Below, one piece after another: positions 1 through 8,714 of a stretch of DNA of 64,000 bases. Source of the stretch: a virus (lineage: Duplodnaviria; Caudoviricetes); the IMG/VR virus record IMGVR_UViG_3300023070_000002, positions 1-64,000 of that record; one strand, given 5' to 3'. The notes under the pieces were generated by a model. The model searched no databases. It had not been told where the DNA came from and saw only the letters and a program-made list of their open reading frames with translations. Made by a program: the position numbers and the translations under genes. Numbering within the stretch: position 1 is the stretch's first letter; each line of letters opens with the position of its first letter.

Positions 1-151
1 TATCTGGGGGAAATTGGTATGTTGGTCGAGGTTCAGGGGGAAAGGCTGGTTGGAGGGCTGGGTTGGATGTTGGGTGGTGTCAAAGAACTGGATGTTTACT
101 GGAGGGAAGGTAGGGAGATGCGTACTTTTACTCTATTTTCAGGAATATGCA

Positions 152-194
152 AAATAAATTTGGAATTGTCATGTAACGTTACTATATTTGTGTT
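152..194 (+). promoter_or_regulatory. Bacteroidota sigma70-type promoter with a palindromic operator (copy 1)
   Basis: TTTG, a 20-nt spacer, then TATATTTG (183-190). Perfect palindrome GTAACGTTAC at 173-182. Repeated at 1225-1267 with 1 mismatch in 43 bp. Confidence 0.75.
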
Positions 195-437
195 ATGAAC
201 GTAAGGAAAGATATACAAGCTAAAGCCGATGAACTCGGGGCAGAAATAGAAATATGGGCTGACAGCGAGAACAGCTATGTTATTGAAGCTCTGGCGCCAG
301 ACGGCATGGAGTGGGAAGCGACAGGCAGTGTTTCATTAGTTGGCCGCTGGTGGACTTACGACAAAGGCGGTAAGACTAAAGAACTAAATGACCTTCTGGA
401 AAGAATGAGCAAGGGCGTAATATCTGAAACTAACTAA
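195..437 (+). CDS. hypothetical protein, probably from a leaderless mRNA
   Basis: 80-aa ORF; the ATG lies 4 nt after the TAnnTTTG element. Confidence 0.7.
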   Translation: MNVRKDIQAKADELGAEIEIWADSENSYVIEALAPDGMEWEATGSVSLVGRWWTYDKGGKTKELNDLLERMSKGVISETN

Positions 438-449
438 AATATAATAATT

Positions 450-705
450 ATGACAGCAGAACAGTTTTGCGGCTGAATATGTATATGAATTAAGAAGCGG
501 GCGAATCTCGTTTAGCAAAAAGGTAGTTGATAAATTCATATCTACTTATACGCATTTTAAACCTGAAGATTTTACCAAAGCTATGAGAGAAAGATTAAAG
601 GTTTTTGTAATGATACAATTACATCTAGACGGAATATCATCATTCTACCAAGTGCCTGAGATGCCCGCAGAAAAAATAATACTCCCCGATTCAATATTTA
701 TGTAG
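450..705 (+). pseudogene. frameshifted hypothetical gene (MTAEQF/AAEYVYELRSG...PDSIFM)
   Basis: The ATG at 450 reaches TGA at 474. Removing one T from TTTT (465-468) gives an 84-aa ORF ending at TAG 703-705 that fills the intergenic gap. Confidence 0.6.
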
Positions 706-719
706 ATAAAATTTTAATC

Positions 720-1031
720 ATGATACAACTACCAACAAAAAAAGACGTTATAAAATCCCTTGGTGACAGTCTAACTGTTATGATACACCCTATTAGACTA
801 TCCGACAACAGCACATGCAGCGTATGCCGGAGTGCCCCGGATAAATACGGTATATTTCTTGGCTCTGCAAGACTGAGCGATATAATTGGCACTTACTGTC
901 CGCTGCATTTAGGTGATGGTCTAGAAGAGGCCTTTAAGGTTCGGTTACGGCATTTTGAAAAAGGCACTGCGGAAATAGAAAATCATTTTAAAAAACAAGG
1001 CGAATCAAATGAAGAAAAACAGACAAATTGA
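720..1031 (+). CDS. hypothetical protein with a CxxC motif
   Basis: 103-aa ORF; CSVC ... YCPLH. Confidence 0.65.
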   Translation: MIQLPTKKDVIKSLGDSLTVMIHPIRLSDNSTCSVCRSAPDKYGIFLGSARLSDIIGTYCPLHLGDGLEEAFKVRLRHFEKGTAEIENHFKKQGESNEEKQTN

Positions 1032-1194
1032 TCTAAAGGGCTGGATTACACAAGCTGAATATGCACGGCTAACAGGGAAGAAATTAAATACTGTCTCCCA
1101 ATGGGTAAAAAGAGCTAAAGCGGGAGAAGGCGAGCCTAAAATCGACTATTTAGATGTGCCGGAACTAGGTATTACGCTAGTAAAGAATCCTTGA
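1009..1194 (+). CDS. small helix-turn-helix DNA-binding protein
   Basis: WITQAEYARLTGKKLNTVSQWVKR is an excisionase/MerR-like HTH pattern. Confidence 0.7.
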   Translation: MKKNRQIDLKGWITQAEYARLTGKKLNTVSQWVKRAKAGEGEPKIDYLDVPELGITLVKNP

Positions 1195-1224
1195 GTATTT
1201 TTACTCGATCTTCCCAAATGTGAT

Positions 1225-1267
1225 AAATAAATTTGGAGTTGTCATGTAACGTTACTATATTTGTGTT
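1225..1267 (+). promoter_or_regulatory. promoter with a palindromic operator (copy 2)
   Basis: Near-identical to 152-194; palindrome GTAACGTTAC at 1246-1255. Confidence 0.75.
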
Positions 1268-1302
1268 GTCAATCGCACTTAACTAATTAAAAACTATCAA
1301 TT

Positions 1303-1503
1303 ATGTTAGCGAACGTAGAACTAAGAAAAACAGACTTGGGAACCTATGGCGATGGATGGGAGCTATATATCGGAGATATAGAAAACCCTGAAATGCCGCC
1401 TATTAGAGTAAGGCTGTCAGAGTACGAAGGCGAGCAGGCTATGAAATCATTTAAAAAATGTGAGAAGTCAGGTAAATGGCAACAAGATCATAAATACACA
1501 TAA
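1303..1503 (+). CDS. hypothetical protein
   Basis: 66-aa ORF downstream of promoter copy 2. Confidence 0.65.
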   Translation: MLANVELRKTDLGTYGDGWELYIGDIENPEMPPIRVRLSEYEGEQAMKSFKKCEKSGKWQQDHKYT

Positions 1504-1522
1504 TTGTCAGTCAAACACTAAC

Positions 1523-1551
1523 AGCCCGCTACCGTAAATGGAGCGGGCTTT
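1523..1551 (+). terminator. hairpin with a short U-tract (weak terminator or processing site)
   Basis: AGCCCGCT / AGCGGGCT stem followed by TT. Confidence 0.4.
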
Positions 1552-1595
1552 GGAGGCAGAAAGATTTTTTATACACATTCTAAATACCTACTACA

Positions 1596-2252
1596 ATGAC
1601 ACCGGAAATTAAAAACACTTACGCTAAGTATTGCCCAAATGTATGGGTTGCTAAATGCCCTGAAAGACACGAGAAAGGCGAAATAATACCAGTTACAACA
1701 CAATATGGTAAAGATAATGATAGCATCGTATTCAATTTAGTGGCTGAAAGAGACGGATTTTTTTACTATTCTATTGTCCGCGCTGACGGATATAATGTAC
1801 AAGAACGAGCCAAGGCCAAAGCCGAAAGATATAACCAATGGGCTGCAAGTGCTGAAAAGAAAAGTGCTAAATACTATGAAGCATCCAACGAAGGACGGGA
1901 CTTTTTAAGTCTTGGTGAACCTATTAAGGTTGGACACCATAGCGAAAAGCGCCACAGGGCTTTAATAGATCGCAATTGGAACAGGATGGGGAAAAGCGTT
2001 GAAATGAGCAACAAAGCTGAATCGCATGAAAGCAAAGCAGAATATTGGGAAGGTAAGGCTAATGATATTAATTTATCAATGCCTGAGAGCGTTGAGTATT
2101 TTGAATACAAGGTGGAAACTGCCAAAGAACGCCACGAAGGTATAAAGTCAGGTAAATACCCTCGGGAACACTCCTTTACCCTCACGTACGCTAAAAAAAA
2201 CTTGAACGAAGCAGTAAAGAATTTGGCTATCGCTAAAAAACTTTGGAGCTAA
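1596..2252 (+). CDS. DUF3560 family protein
   Basis: LGEPIKVGHHSEKRHR and RAKAKAERY motifs typical of DUF3560. Confidence 0.85.
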   Translation: MTPEIKNTYAKYCPNVWVAKCPERHEKGEIIPVTTQYGKDNDSIVFNLVAERDGFFYYSIVRADGYNVQERAKAKAERYNQWAASAEKKSAKYYEASNEGRDFLSLGEPIKVGHHSEKRHRALIDRNWNRMGKSVEMSNKAESHESKAEYWEGKANDINLSMPESVEYFEYKVETAKERHEGIKSGKYPREHSFTLTYAKKNLNEAVKNLAIAKKLWS

Positions 2253-2326
2253 ATTGTAGTAGTAACGTGCTGCCGGGGCAATTGGAGTACAGCAGCATTT
2301 TTAAAAAACACCTAAAAATTAAATAA

Positions 2327-2731
2327 ATGAAACACACCAAAGACTACACCCTGCACATCCTTTTAGGATTGCTTTTGTTTGCAATTTTTGTTAGCTCATG
2401 CTCAACAAATGAGAAAAAGCCAGTACAGCGACAGTTAATTCAGTTGTCCGATGATGACGGACGGGGTTTGCGCGCTGTTACCTATCTTGAAGATGGCGAT
2501 ACTTGTTTTCTTGACCCCATTGACAGCTTGAAAATTGATAGTTTGTTTGGCCACACCTGCAAATGGTCGCTGTGTCCATATAAAGGCGTAAAATTGGCAG
2601 ATTGGAAAGAAGCGGTACTTAACCACACCAAATCACCAGAAGGTAGTGACGGGTATAATATCGACATTCTGCACCTTCAATACCCTAGTGAAGATTATGA
2701 TCAATTAGAAGAAAGATTAATAAACAGATAA
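2327..2731 (+). CDS. putative lipoprotein
   Basis: Hydrophobic N-terminus ending in the lipobox FVSS-C; two DSL sequons. Confidence 0.65.
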   Translation: MKHTKDYTLHILLGLLLFAIFVSSCSTNEKKPVQRQLIQLSDDDGRGLRAVTYLEDGDTCFLDPIDSLKIDSLFGHTCKWSLCPYKGVKLADWKEAVLNHTKSPEGSDGYNIDILHLQYPSEDYDQLEERLINR

Positions 2732-2754
2732 TAACACCTAAACCAAAATAATTA

Positions 2755-3459
2755 ATGAAACTCACTAAACCACAGTTGAAAATGCACGAGGAGTGTATTA
2801 AGATTCTTGCTCAGAGTCGTTTAACGGAAGATGAAAAAATATTTGTACTTGATAATTACTATCCGGCTTATAATAATCAAATAGGATATTCCGGAATGTT
2901 TTTTACACCTACCGAACTAGCCAGATCATTCAGGATAGAGGTAGACGGCAAGCATATTATTGATTTATGTGCTGGCATTGGAATGCTCTCCTTCTATTGC
3001 TTGGGGCATCACTCTGTAGAAAAGGTGACTTGTGTAGAACTTAACCCTGAATTTGTGGCGGTGGGTAAAAAAATACTCCCTGAAGCAGAATGGATTTGCG
3101 CAGACGTCCTGACACACCAATTTACAAGCAGATATAATTGTGCTATATCGAACCCTTCTTATGGTAAAATAATGACAGGTAGCAATGGAAATCTAAAATA
3201 TAAGGGATCGTCATTCGAATTTAAAGTGATAGAAATTGCTTCTAAAATTTCCGATCGAGGCGCATTTGTATTGCCACCTAATTCAGTCCCATTTAGAATG
3301 TCTCCTTTTTATAAAAAACAAACGGCTTCGGGCTACGAAAAGTTTAATAAGGAAACTGGTATTGTTTTGGAACCAAATTGCGGGTTAGACTGTGAAATGT
3401 TTAAAAACGATTGGAAGGGAACAAAAATAAGCGTAGAAATCGCTGTTTGTGACTTTTAG
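2755..3459 (+). CDS. SAM-dependent DNA methyltransferase (N6-adenine type)
   Basis: FFTP, motif I IDLCAGIG, and NPSY (an NPPY-like motif IV). Confidence 0.85.
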   Translation: MKLTKPQLKMHEECIKILAQSRLTEDEKIFVLDNYYPAYNNQIGYSGMFFTPTELARSFRIEVDGKHIIDLCAGIGMLSFYCLGHHSVEKVTCVELNPEFVAVGKKILPEAEWICADVLTHQFTSRYNCAISNPSYGKIMTGSNGNLKYKGSSFEFKVIEIASKISDRGAFVLPPNSVPFRMSPFYKKQTASGYEKFNKETGIVLEPNCGLDCEMFKNDWKGTKISVEIAVCDF

Positions 3460-3772
3460 CCTATTCCCCAAAATAATAGCTGCTTTAATTCACCTTTTAA
3501 CACCTGAAATTATGCAAACCATTCAACGAATAATCGAAGTCCCGCTAAGCGAGCTCCAAACTGAAAAAGGGCGACAACTTAGCAATGAAGGAAATCACCG
3601 CTGTTTAATCTGCGGGAAAGAGATCAAACCGACTGCTAAATTCAAGAAAGTCCACCTGCTGACTAATGGGAATATCGTTAGCTATTCTGGTGATGATATA
3701 GAAAATAGTCAAGGGTTCTTCCCAATTGGGATGGAATGCGCTAAAAAACTCATTATTCAGTTTGCTTTCTAA
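3449..3772 (+). CDS. hypothetical protein with Zn-ribbon-like cysteines
   Basis: CLICGK ... IGMECAKK; the true start may be the internal MQTIQ. Confidence 0.6.
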   Translation: MTFSLFPKIIAALIHLLTPEIMQTIQRIIEVPLSELQTEKGRQLSNEGNHRCLICGKEIKPTAKFKKVHLLTNGNIVSYSGDDIENSQGFFPIGMECAKKLIIQFAF

Positions 3773-3807
3773 AACAATTCCCCTTCACCTATTAACACCT
3801 TAAAATT

Positions 3808-4335
3808 ATGAAACAGAAATTAACAGCCGAACCCAAAAACCCCCGTCCAGAAATAGCCAATATTGACGATGATACATTCGATGGCTCAACCGATCCTGAA
3901 GCATTGGATAATACCGTACAACGGGCAGAATTAAAGGTTAAAGAATTGGGGGAATTGTTGCCATCTTCTACCGTATTGGAAGAGTTGCTTAAAAATATTT
4001 CAAAGGGTAAATGGTTTTTTACTGATTCAGTTGCTTATGATCGCATGATTCGATCCGATGAAAGCATATACGCAATAGCCATTCCTTGTTTCAAGTACAG
4101 AGAAAAGCCGATAAGTGAAGCTAATGCCAAATTAATCGCTCTATCCCCATCCCTTGCAAAAGAGGTATTAGCATTGAGAAAAGAGAATGAGGAATTGAAA
4201 AAAATATTTACTGAAAGAGGCGCAAAGTTGAGAGAATTTCAAGAATCTTTAGAGATGTTGGTTAATGCGGCACAAGGAACCGAGATAACTAATTGGCCTC
4301 AAATGAAAATAGCAAGTTCATTACTCAATAAGTAA
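3808..4335 (+). CDS. hypothetical phage protein (Ead/Ea22-like middle region)
   Basis: 175-aa ORF; ANAKLIALSPSLAKEVL is a common phage motif. Confidence 0.6.
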   Translation: MKQKLTAEPKNPRPEIANIDDDTFDGSTDPEALDNTVQRAELKVKELGELLPSSTVLEELLKNISKGKWFFTDSVAYDRMIRSDESIYAIAIPCFKYREKPISEANAKLIALSPSLAKEVLALRKENEELKKIFTERGAKLREFQESLEMLVNAAQGTEITNWPQMKIASSLLNK

Positions 4336-4372
4336 ACCACATTATTAAACTTTTATAACGTTTATATTATTT

Positions 4373-4609
4373 ATGAAAATAAAAGAAGGAGTCGACCTAG
4401 GCAAAGCCTTTGAAGCGCTCAAAAACGATTTAAGACACGCTAATGCAGTATCAAATACTACTGATACAGACCCACTTGCGCATTCAAAAGCCTTGGGTTA
4501 CCTATCTGCAAGCGTTCAGTTCTTTCTTTTTGAAAACACCGATACAGCCACTATGCAGGAAGTATTGGAAGATAAGGACGAAAAACTTTTAACCCAATTA
4601 CAAGACTAG
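4373..4609 (+). CDS. hypothetical protein
   Basis: ORF within a co-oriented gene run. Confidence 0.6.
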   Translation: MKIKEGVDLGKAFEALKNDLRHANAVSNTTDTDPLAHSKALGYLSASVQFFLFENTDTATMQEVLEDKDEKLLTQLQD

Positions 4610-4629
4610 TATTAAAATCAGAAACCAAA

Positions 4630-4785
4630 ATGAAGCCCGGAATTCATAAGCTAATCAAAGAGTTATCGCCAATTGAAAAACGCATATATAACTCAATCAT
4701 GAAAGCGTTTCCCGCAACCAGCCATGAAATAGCCATAGATTATGCAAAGGATAAGGGCGTTAATTTCCAATTTCTACCTAAATAA
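4630..4785 (+). CDS. hypothetical 51-aa protein (absent from the ORF track)
   Basis: MKPGIHKLIKELSPIEKRIYNSIMKAFP...FLPK fills the gap and ends 3 nt before the next ATG. Confidence 0.6.
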   Translation: MKPGIHKLIKELSPIEKRIYNSIMKAFPATSHEIAIDYAKDKGVNFQFLPK

Positions 4786-4788
4786 ACA

Positions 4789-5043
4789 ATGCTCATGAAA
4801 AAGGAACTACGTAACCCCAACCGCATGCAATTCCAAAATCGAAATACCGTAAGAAGGTATTTAATGGCAAAGGAAGAAAGGGATAACAGGTTGTGGAGAA
4901 TGGCAGGGAGCGAATTTGTCACTTTTGTTGCCGATCAATGGATAACCCTTCGGGAATATGAAAGATCTAAACCTATACTTACTCAACCAAGCCTGTTAAC
5001 TAATTTAGACAACCCTAACATCCGAAAAAACTATAGCGTATGA
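4789..5043 (+). CDS. hypothetical protein
   Basis: ORF with an ATGA overlap to the next gene. Confidence 0.6.
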   Translation: MLMKKELRNPNRMQFQNRNTVRRYLMAKEERDNRLWRMAGSEFVTFVADQWITLREYERSKPILTQPSLLTNLDNPNIRKNYSV

Positions 5044-5252
5044 ATTGTAAACTGTATTCTGACCTAAGCATAGTAGATAAGTACCAATTGGTTGGGAAAG
5101 CAGTCCATTTACTTCAGAACGACCAAACCGCTTGTGAAATCATTAAAGAAATGGTACAGGCGGCAGAAAGAAAGGGATTATTCGAAGGCGTAGCCATACT
5201 CCCAGAACCAGAACAAAACCACATTGACACACCTAGTAATATTGAACAATGA
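5040..5252 (+). CDS. hypothetical protein
   Basis: ORF with coupled overlaps. Confidence 0.6.
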   Translation: MNCKLYSDLSIVDKYQLVGKAVHLLQNDQTACEIIKEMVQAAERKGLFEGVAILPEPEQNHIDTPSNIEQ

Positions 5253-5443
5253 AGAAATATTTAGAAATAGTTCATTACAATGGCGATGTTGATACGCGCA
5301 TTGATGTATCCACTCAATCCCAACACAACATTGATCGAATCGAAAGAGGGGCAAACATAAACCTCAACCATGCAAACTACTATACACGAGTAATTGAATC
5401 CCCTACCGAACTCCCTACTGACCTTAAAAAACAAGCAAAATGA
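5249..5443 (+). CDS. hypothetical protein
   Basis: ORF with coupled overlaps. Confidence 0.6.
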   Translation: MKKYLEIVHYNGDVDTRIDVSTQSQHNIDRIERGANINLNHANYYTRVIESPTELPTDLKKQAK

Positions 5444-5709
5444 AAAAAACAATCCTTGTAGCATTTTCAACCCTTTTACTGTCCTATTCTTTAAAGGCGC
5501 AAACTACTTCGGTAAAGATAATTGAGGTTAAAAACAAGGGCGCGAAAGCCGCTGTAATCAAAGCAATAAACGATAAAGGGGAAATATTTACTTTGCGTTA
5601 TGGATGGAGTAAGCATGATCCGGCTCCAACTGTCGGGGAATGGCTGCAAATAACCCCATTAAAAACAAAAAGAGGTAGGTACCTTAAAGCGAATATTTCT
5701 GTTTGGTAG
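5440..5709 (+). CDS. small secreted protein
   Basis: Signal peptide MKKTILVAFSTLLLSYSLKA followed by Gln. Confidence 0.7.
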   Translation: MKKTILVAFSTLLLSYSLKAQTTSVKIIEVKNKGAKAAVIKAINDKGEIFTLRYGWSKHDPAPTVGEWLQITPLKTKRGRYLKANISVW

Positions 5710-5721
5710 TTTTCAGGTGTA

Positions 5722-5770
5722 AAGCCCCGGACGAGCCGTAGGTGGCGGTATTGACTCCGGGGCTTCTTTT
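5722..5770 (+). terminator. intrinsic terminator with a large structured loop
   Basis: AAGCCCCGGA / TCCGGGGCTT 10-bp stem, 24-nt loop, then CTTTT. Confidence 0.6.
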
Positions 5771-5784
5771 AAAAAATAAATATC

Positions 5785-6006
5785 ATGGCCTTAGTAGTTA
5801 AGATAACAACAAATGATGCCGGGGAAAAAATTAAGCAGCCAAAATGGTGTTTAGTTGTCAATAGGGCTGGTGGCGAAATGACTTTTTGTGGTGGTGAATT
5901 CTTTGGTTTTGGAGGGAGCCATTGTGAATATGAACAAAAGGAGGGGCGTATTACATGCCCGGAATGTATTGAATTTATCAAAGAAATAAAAGCAGTCAAA
6001 TTATGA
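5785..6006 (+). CDS. hypothetical Cys-rich protein
   Basis: 73 aa; contains CPEC. Confidence 0.6.
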   Translation: MALVVKITTNDAGEKIKQPKWCLVVNRAGGEMTFCGGEFFGFGGSHCEYEQKEGRITCPECIEFIKEIKAVKL

Positions 6007-6515
6007 GTAAAGTATTAACCGCCGAAGATTTAGTGATAGGTAATAAGTATGTGCCAGTGAGTAAAAGTGTGGGGATTAAATTCCATGAGTGGATTAGAGA
6101 TGTTTCATATAAACAAGGCGATCCAGTTATATATCATAGTCTTGACTATGAGGGCGATCATAGATTTTGTTACGGATCTGGTAAATGGGATTGGGGAATG
6201 TTCCTTCCCTCAGATGTGGTAGAATATGTGGAGCCGGATGAAGAAGCGGTAACCGATATGACCGTACAGGAGTTTTATAGCGGTTTCAATCTGTCATTTT
6301 TGACGGAAGAAGAAAGGCAAACCATTTATACCGCTACTGAATTATTTGCTAAAGGAAAGGTTCGTGTTGCCCTCACCAGCGCCCCGCCATCAGCAAGCGG
6401 GAAGGATTGGGCAGATGTGGAAGAAACAATAAAGTTAAGCATTGGGCTTGACCCGTATCGTGCGAGTAAAATAGTTGGCTACTTGAAAACGAAATACGCC
6501 ATATCAAAATTATAA
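6003..6515 (+). CDS. hypothetical protein
   Basis: 170-aa ORF. Confidence 0.65.
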   Translation: MSKVLTAEDLVIGNKYVPVSKSVGIKFHEWIRDVSYKQGDPVIYHSLDYEGDHRFCYGSGKWDWGMFLPSDVVEYVEPDEEAVTDMTVQEFYSGFNLSFLTEEERQTIYTATELFAKGKVRVALTSAPPSASGKDWADVEETIKLSIGLDPYRASKIVGYLKTKYAISKL

Positions 6516-6518
6516 AAT

Positions 6519-6746
6519 ATGATTTATACAAACTACCACTCAATAAACATTGCTTATGCCATTAAATCTTATTTGTTTAATCACAAGATGGCGAAAGGTG
6601 AATTAGCGGAAAAGGTCGGAGTTTGTCCGTCCCTTGTTACAAAATGGGTTAGCGGTAGCCACAACTTTACCATTAAAACCGTTGAAAAAATTGAAGATGC
6701 TTTGAACATAAAATTAATTGACAGTTTAAACCAACGAGTAGCATAA
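6519..6746 (+). CDS. XRE-family HTH regulator
   Basis: ELAEKVGVCPSLVTKWVSGSHNFTIKTVEKIEDAL. Confidence 0.85.
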   Translation: MIYTNYHSINIAYAIKSYLFNHKMAKGELAEKVGVCPSLVTKWVSGSHNFTIKTVEKIEDALNIKLIDSLNQRVA

Positions 6747-6970
6747 TGAATACAACAATTAAGCATATCGTCCCAATAAATGACACTCATACACATTGTG
6801 AAGATGTGAATTATAATGAAATTATGGGAAACATACCTTTCCCAAAATGCAAATGTGGTGCAGAAGCACAGTTTAATCCGGATGTGCTTAATCATTTTAT
6901 TATCGTTCATAATTCTTTCGATGGAAGAGAAGGCATTGAATGGACAAATGAACTCTTAAACCAAAAATAA
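6746..6970 (+). CDS. hypothetical protein
   Basis: ORF with HTH(C)E and CKC motifs. Confidence 0.55.
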   Translation: MNTTIKHIVPINDTHTHCEDVNYNEIMGNIPFPKCKCGAEAQFNPDVLNHFIIVHNSFDGREGIEWTNELLNQK

Positions 6971-7458
6971 TGATACAGAAATTCAGAAAGAAGCCAGTAG
7001 AAATTGAAGCCATTCAATGGACTGGTTATAACGGGCACCAAATAATAAAATTTGTAGGCCAAAATCTTCACTTTAGTCAACCCCCATCCGGTTACAAACA
7101 TTCCAACGACGATTCACTTGAACTATTAACAATACAAATTCCTACTCTTGAAGGTGTAATGACTGCTAACCAAATGGACTGGATTATAAAAGGGATTAAC
7201 GGTGAGTTCTACCCTTGTAAGCCCGACATTTTTGAAAAGACTTACGAGCCTGAAACTCCGGGCGAATCAAACCAAGCCCACCCCGAGGGAGTAAAGGAGG
7301 TAGTGGATTGTTATAACAAACTGGTAAAAGAATATACTTTATTGAAAGAACAAAGTTACTCAAAAGAACTACTGAAAGGATATAGCGATGCTATTTGGGA
7401 TTTATCTGTGATACTCAAAGATGATTATGGAATCGAAGTCGCAGGAATGCAAGTATAA
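6970..7458 (+). CDS. conserved phage protein (RKKPVEIEA...GEFYPCKPDIFEKTY family)
   Basis: Widely occurring phage motif set. Confidence 0.75.
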   Translation: MIQKFRKKPVEIEAIQWTGYNGHQIIKFVGQNLHFSQPPSGYKHSNDDSLELLTIQIPTLEGVMTANQMDWIIKGINGEFYPCKPDIFEKTYEPETPGESNQAHPEGVKEVVDCYNKLVKEYTLLKEQSYSKELLKGYSDAIWDLSVILKDDYGIEVAGMQV

Positions 7459-7491
7459 CCCCCAAACCTACTAACCTCTAAATTATAAAAT

Positions 7492-8298
7492 ATGAAATGG
7501 ACGAAAGCAAGCGATATGAAAGGCTTTGCCTTTGATTATCTGGCAATGTATAAGGATAGGGACTTTTGGATTAGAGGAACTTTCTATGTAACCGATAATG
7601 GTTACGAGTTTAACCATAAAGGCGGCACGATGACTATAACTAATTCTATGCTGAATAAAGTTTTCATTGTGGATGAATCCACCCCATCAGTTACAGAAGG
7701 AGCGCAGAAGGCGAAAAATAACGGTATAAATATTATAAGAATAGAAATGCCTCAACATGAAAATCTGATTGGGTGTATTGATGTTATTTCCGATGACTAT
7801 GATTTTAATTATGCTGATTTAGGAACTCATCACGGTATGAAGTGCGCTTACGAAGCTGACACGGAACAATACAACGCTCTGATGACCTGCTTATCTACAA
7901 TTGCCAATGAAGCTAAAAAGATAATTAAAATACACAGTGGGGATATAGCTTTCCTTACCAGCACCCCTGAAGAAGGGAAAGATGCTGCTAAGGAGTATGC
8001 AAAAGATAAAAGATTTGGACTGGCTGGAAGCGATACAGATGAGCAAACAATTTATTTAATTGAGAGGGCTTTCCTCGCCGGTGCATCGTGGCGAGCGTCC
8101 CGCCCACCTGCCGTAGAGAGTGAGGCCGGTCTGTTCGCAGAATGGTGCAGTAGAAATGGGTGGAGCTTTTGGCCAACGTTTCCTGGCACACCAACACGAG
8201 ATAAACAGCCCGTTTGGATACATGAATCAGACGCTAATCCTGAAAATCCGTTGCCAACCACATCCGAACTCTACCAATTATTCCTTAACAGTAAATAA
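7492..8298 (+). CDS. hypothetical protein
   Basis: 268-aa ORF. Confidence 0.65.
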   Translation: MKWTKASDMKGFAFDYLAMYKDRDFWIRGTFYVTDNGYEFNHKGGTMTITNSMLNKVFIVDESTPSVTEGAQKAKNNGINIIRIEMPQHENLIGCIDVISDDYDFNYADLGTHHGMKCAYEADTEQYNALMTCLSTIANEAKKIIKIHSGDIAFLTSTPEEGKDAAKEYAKDKRFGLAGSDTDEQTIYLIERAFLAGASWRASRPPAVESEAGLFAEWCSRNGWSFWPTFPGTPTRDKQPVWIHESDANPENPLPTTSELYQLFLNSK

Positions 8299-8307
8299 GT
8301 AAACACC

Positions 8308-8700
8308 GTGATTCTACCAGCAATAATACTTAATGAGCCTTATGCCACAAAGGTGATGACGGGGGAAAAGACTATCGAGACCCGCATGAGGCTATTTAAA
8401 TTCACGGGCGATATACTGATTTGCTGTGATAAAGAAAAGTCTAAGGACAGTCCTAACGCAGGGAAGGCCTTGTGTATTGTTCAATGGAACCAAGGCGTAC
8501 CAATGACAGAAGAACACGAGCAAGGGGCTTGCATTGAATCTGTGCCCGGCCGGTATGCTTTCCCACTCACCAACCGGCGTTTGCTTAGCTATAATTTTTT
8601 GATAAGTCATTATGTGGTAACAAAGAACTTTCAGGGAATATTTGAAGTTCGAATACCTGACTTTGTAACAATAATTTCTCCGCTCACCAACCACAATTAA
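8308..8700 (+). CDS. ASCH/PUA-like domain protein
   Basis: EPYA..VMTGEKTIETR is the ASCH GxKxxExR signature. Confidence 0.8.
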   Translation: MILPAIILNEPYATKVMTGEKTIETRMRLFKFTGDILICCDKEKSKDSPNAGKALCIVQWNQGVPMTEEHEQGACIESVPGRYAFPLTNRRLLSYNFLISHYVVTKNFQGIFEVRIPDFVTIISPLTNHN

Positions 8701-8714
8701 ATAAGTAAACAATC

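Noticed and set aside
1-120. Open minus-strand frame (HLPTFPPVNIQFF...)
   Set aside because: Bounded upstream by TAG with no start codon
2305-3807. Recurring AACACCT(A/T)AA upstream of genes at 2327, 2755 and 3808
   Set aside because: Short and consistent with ordinary A/C-rich Bacteroidota translation-initiation regions; not distinguishable from background by eye
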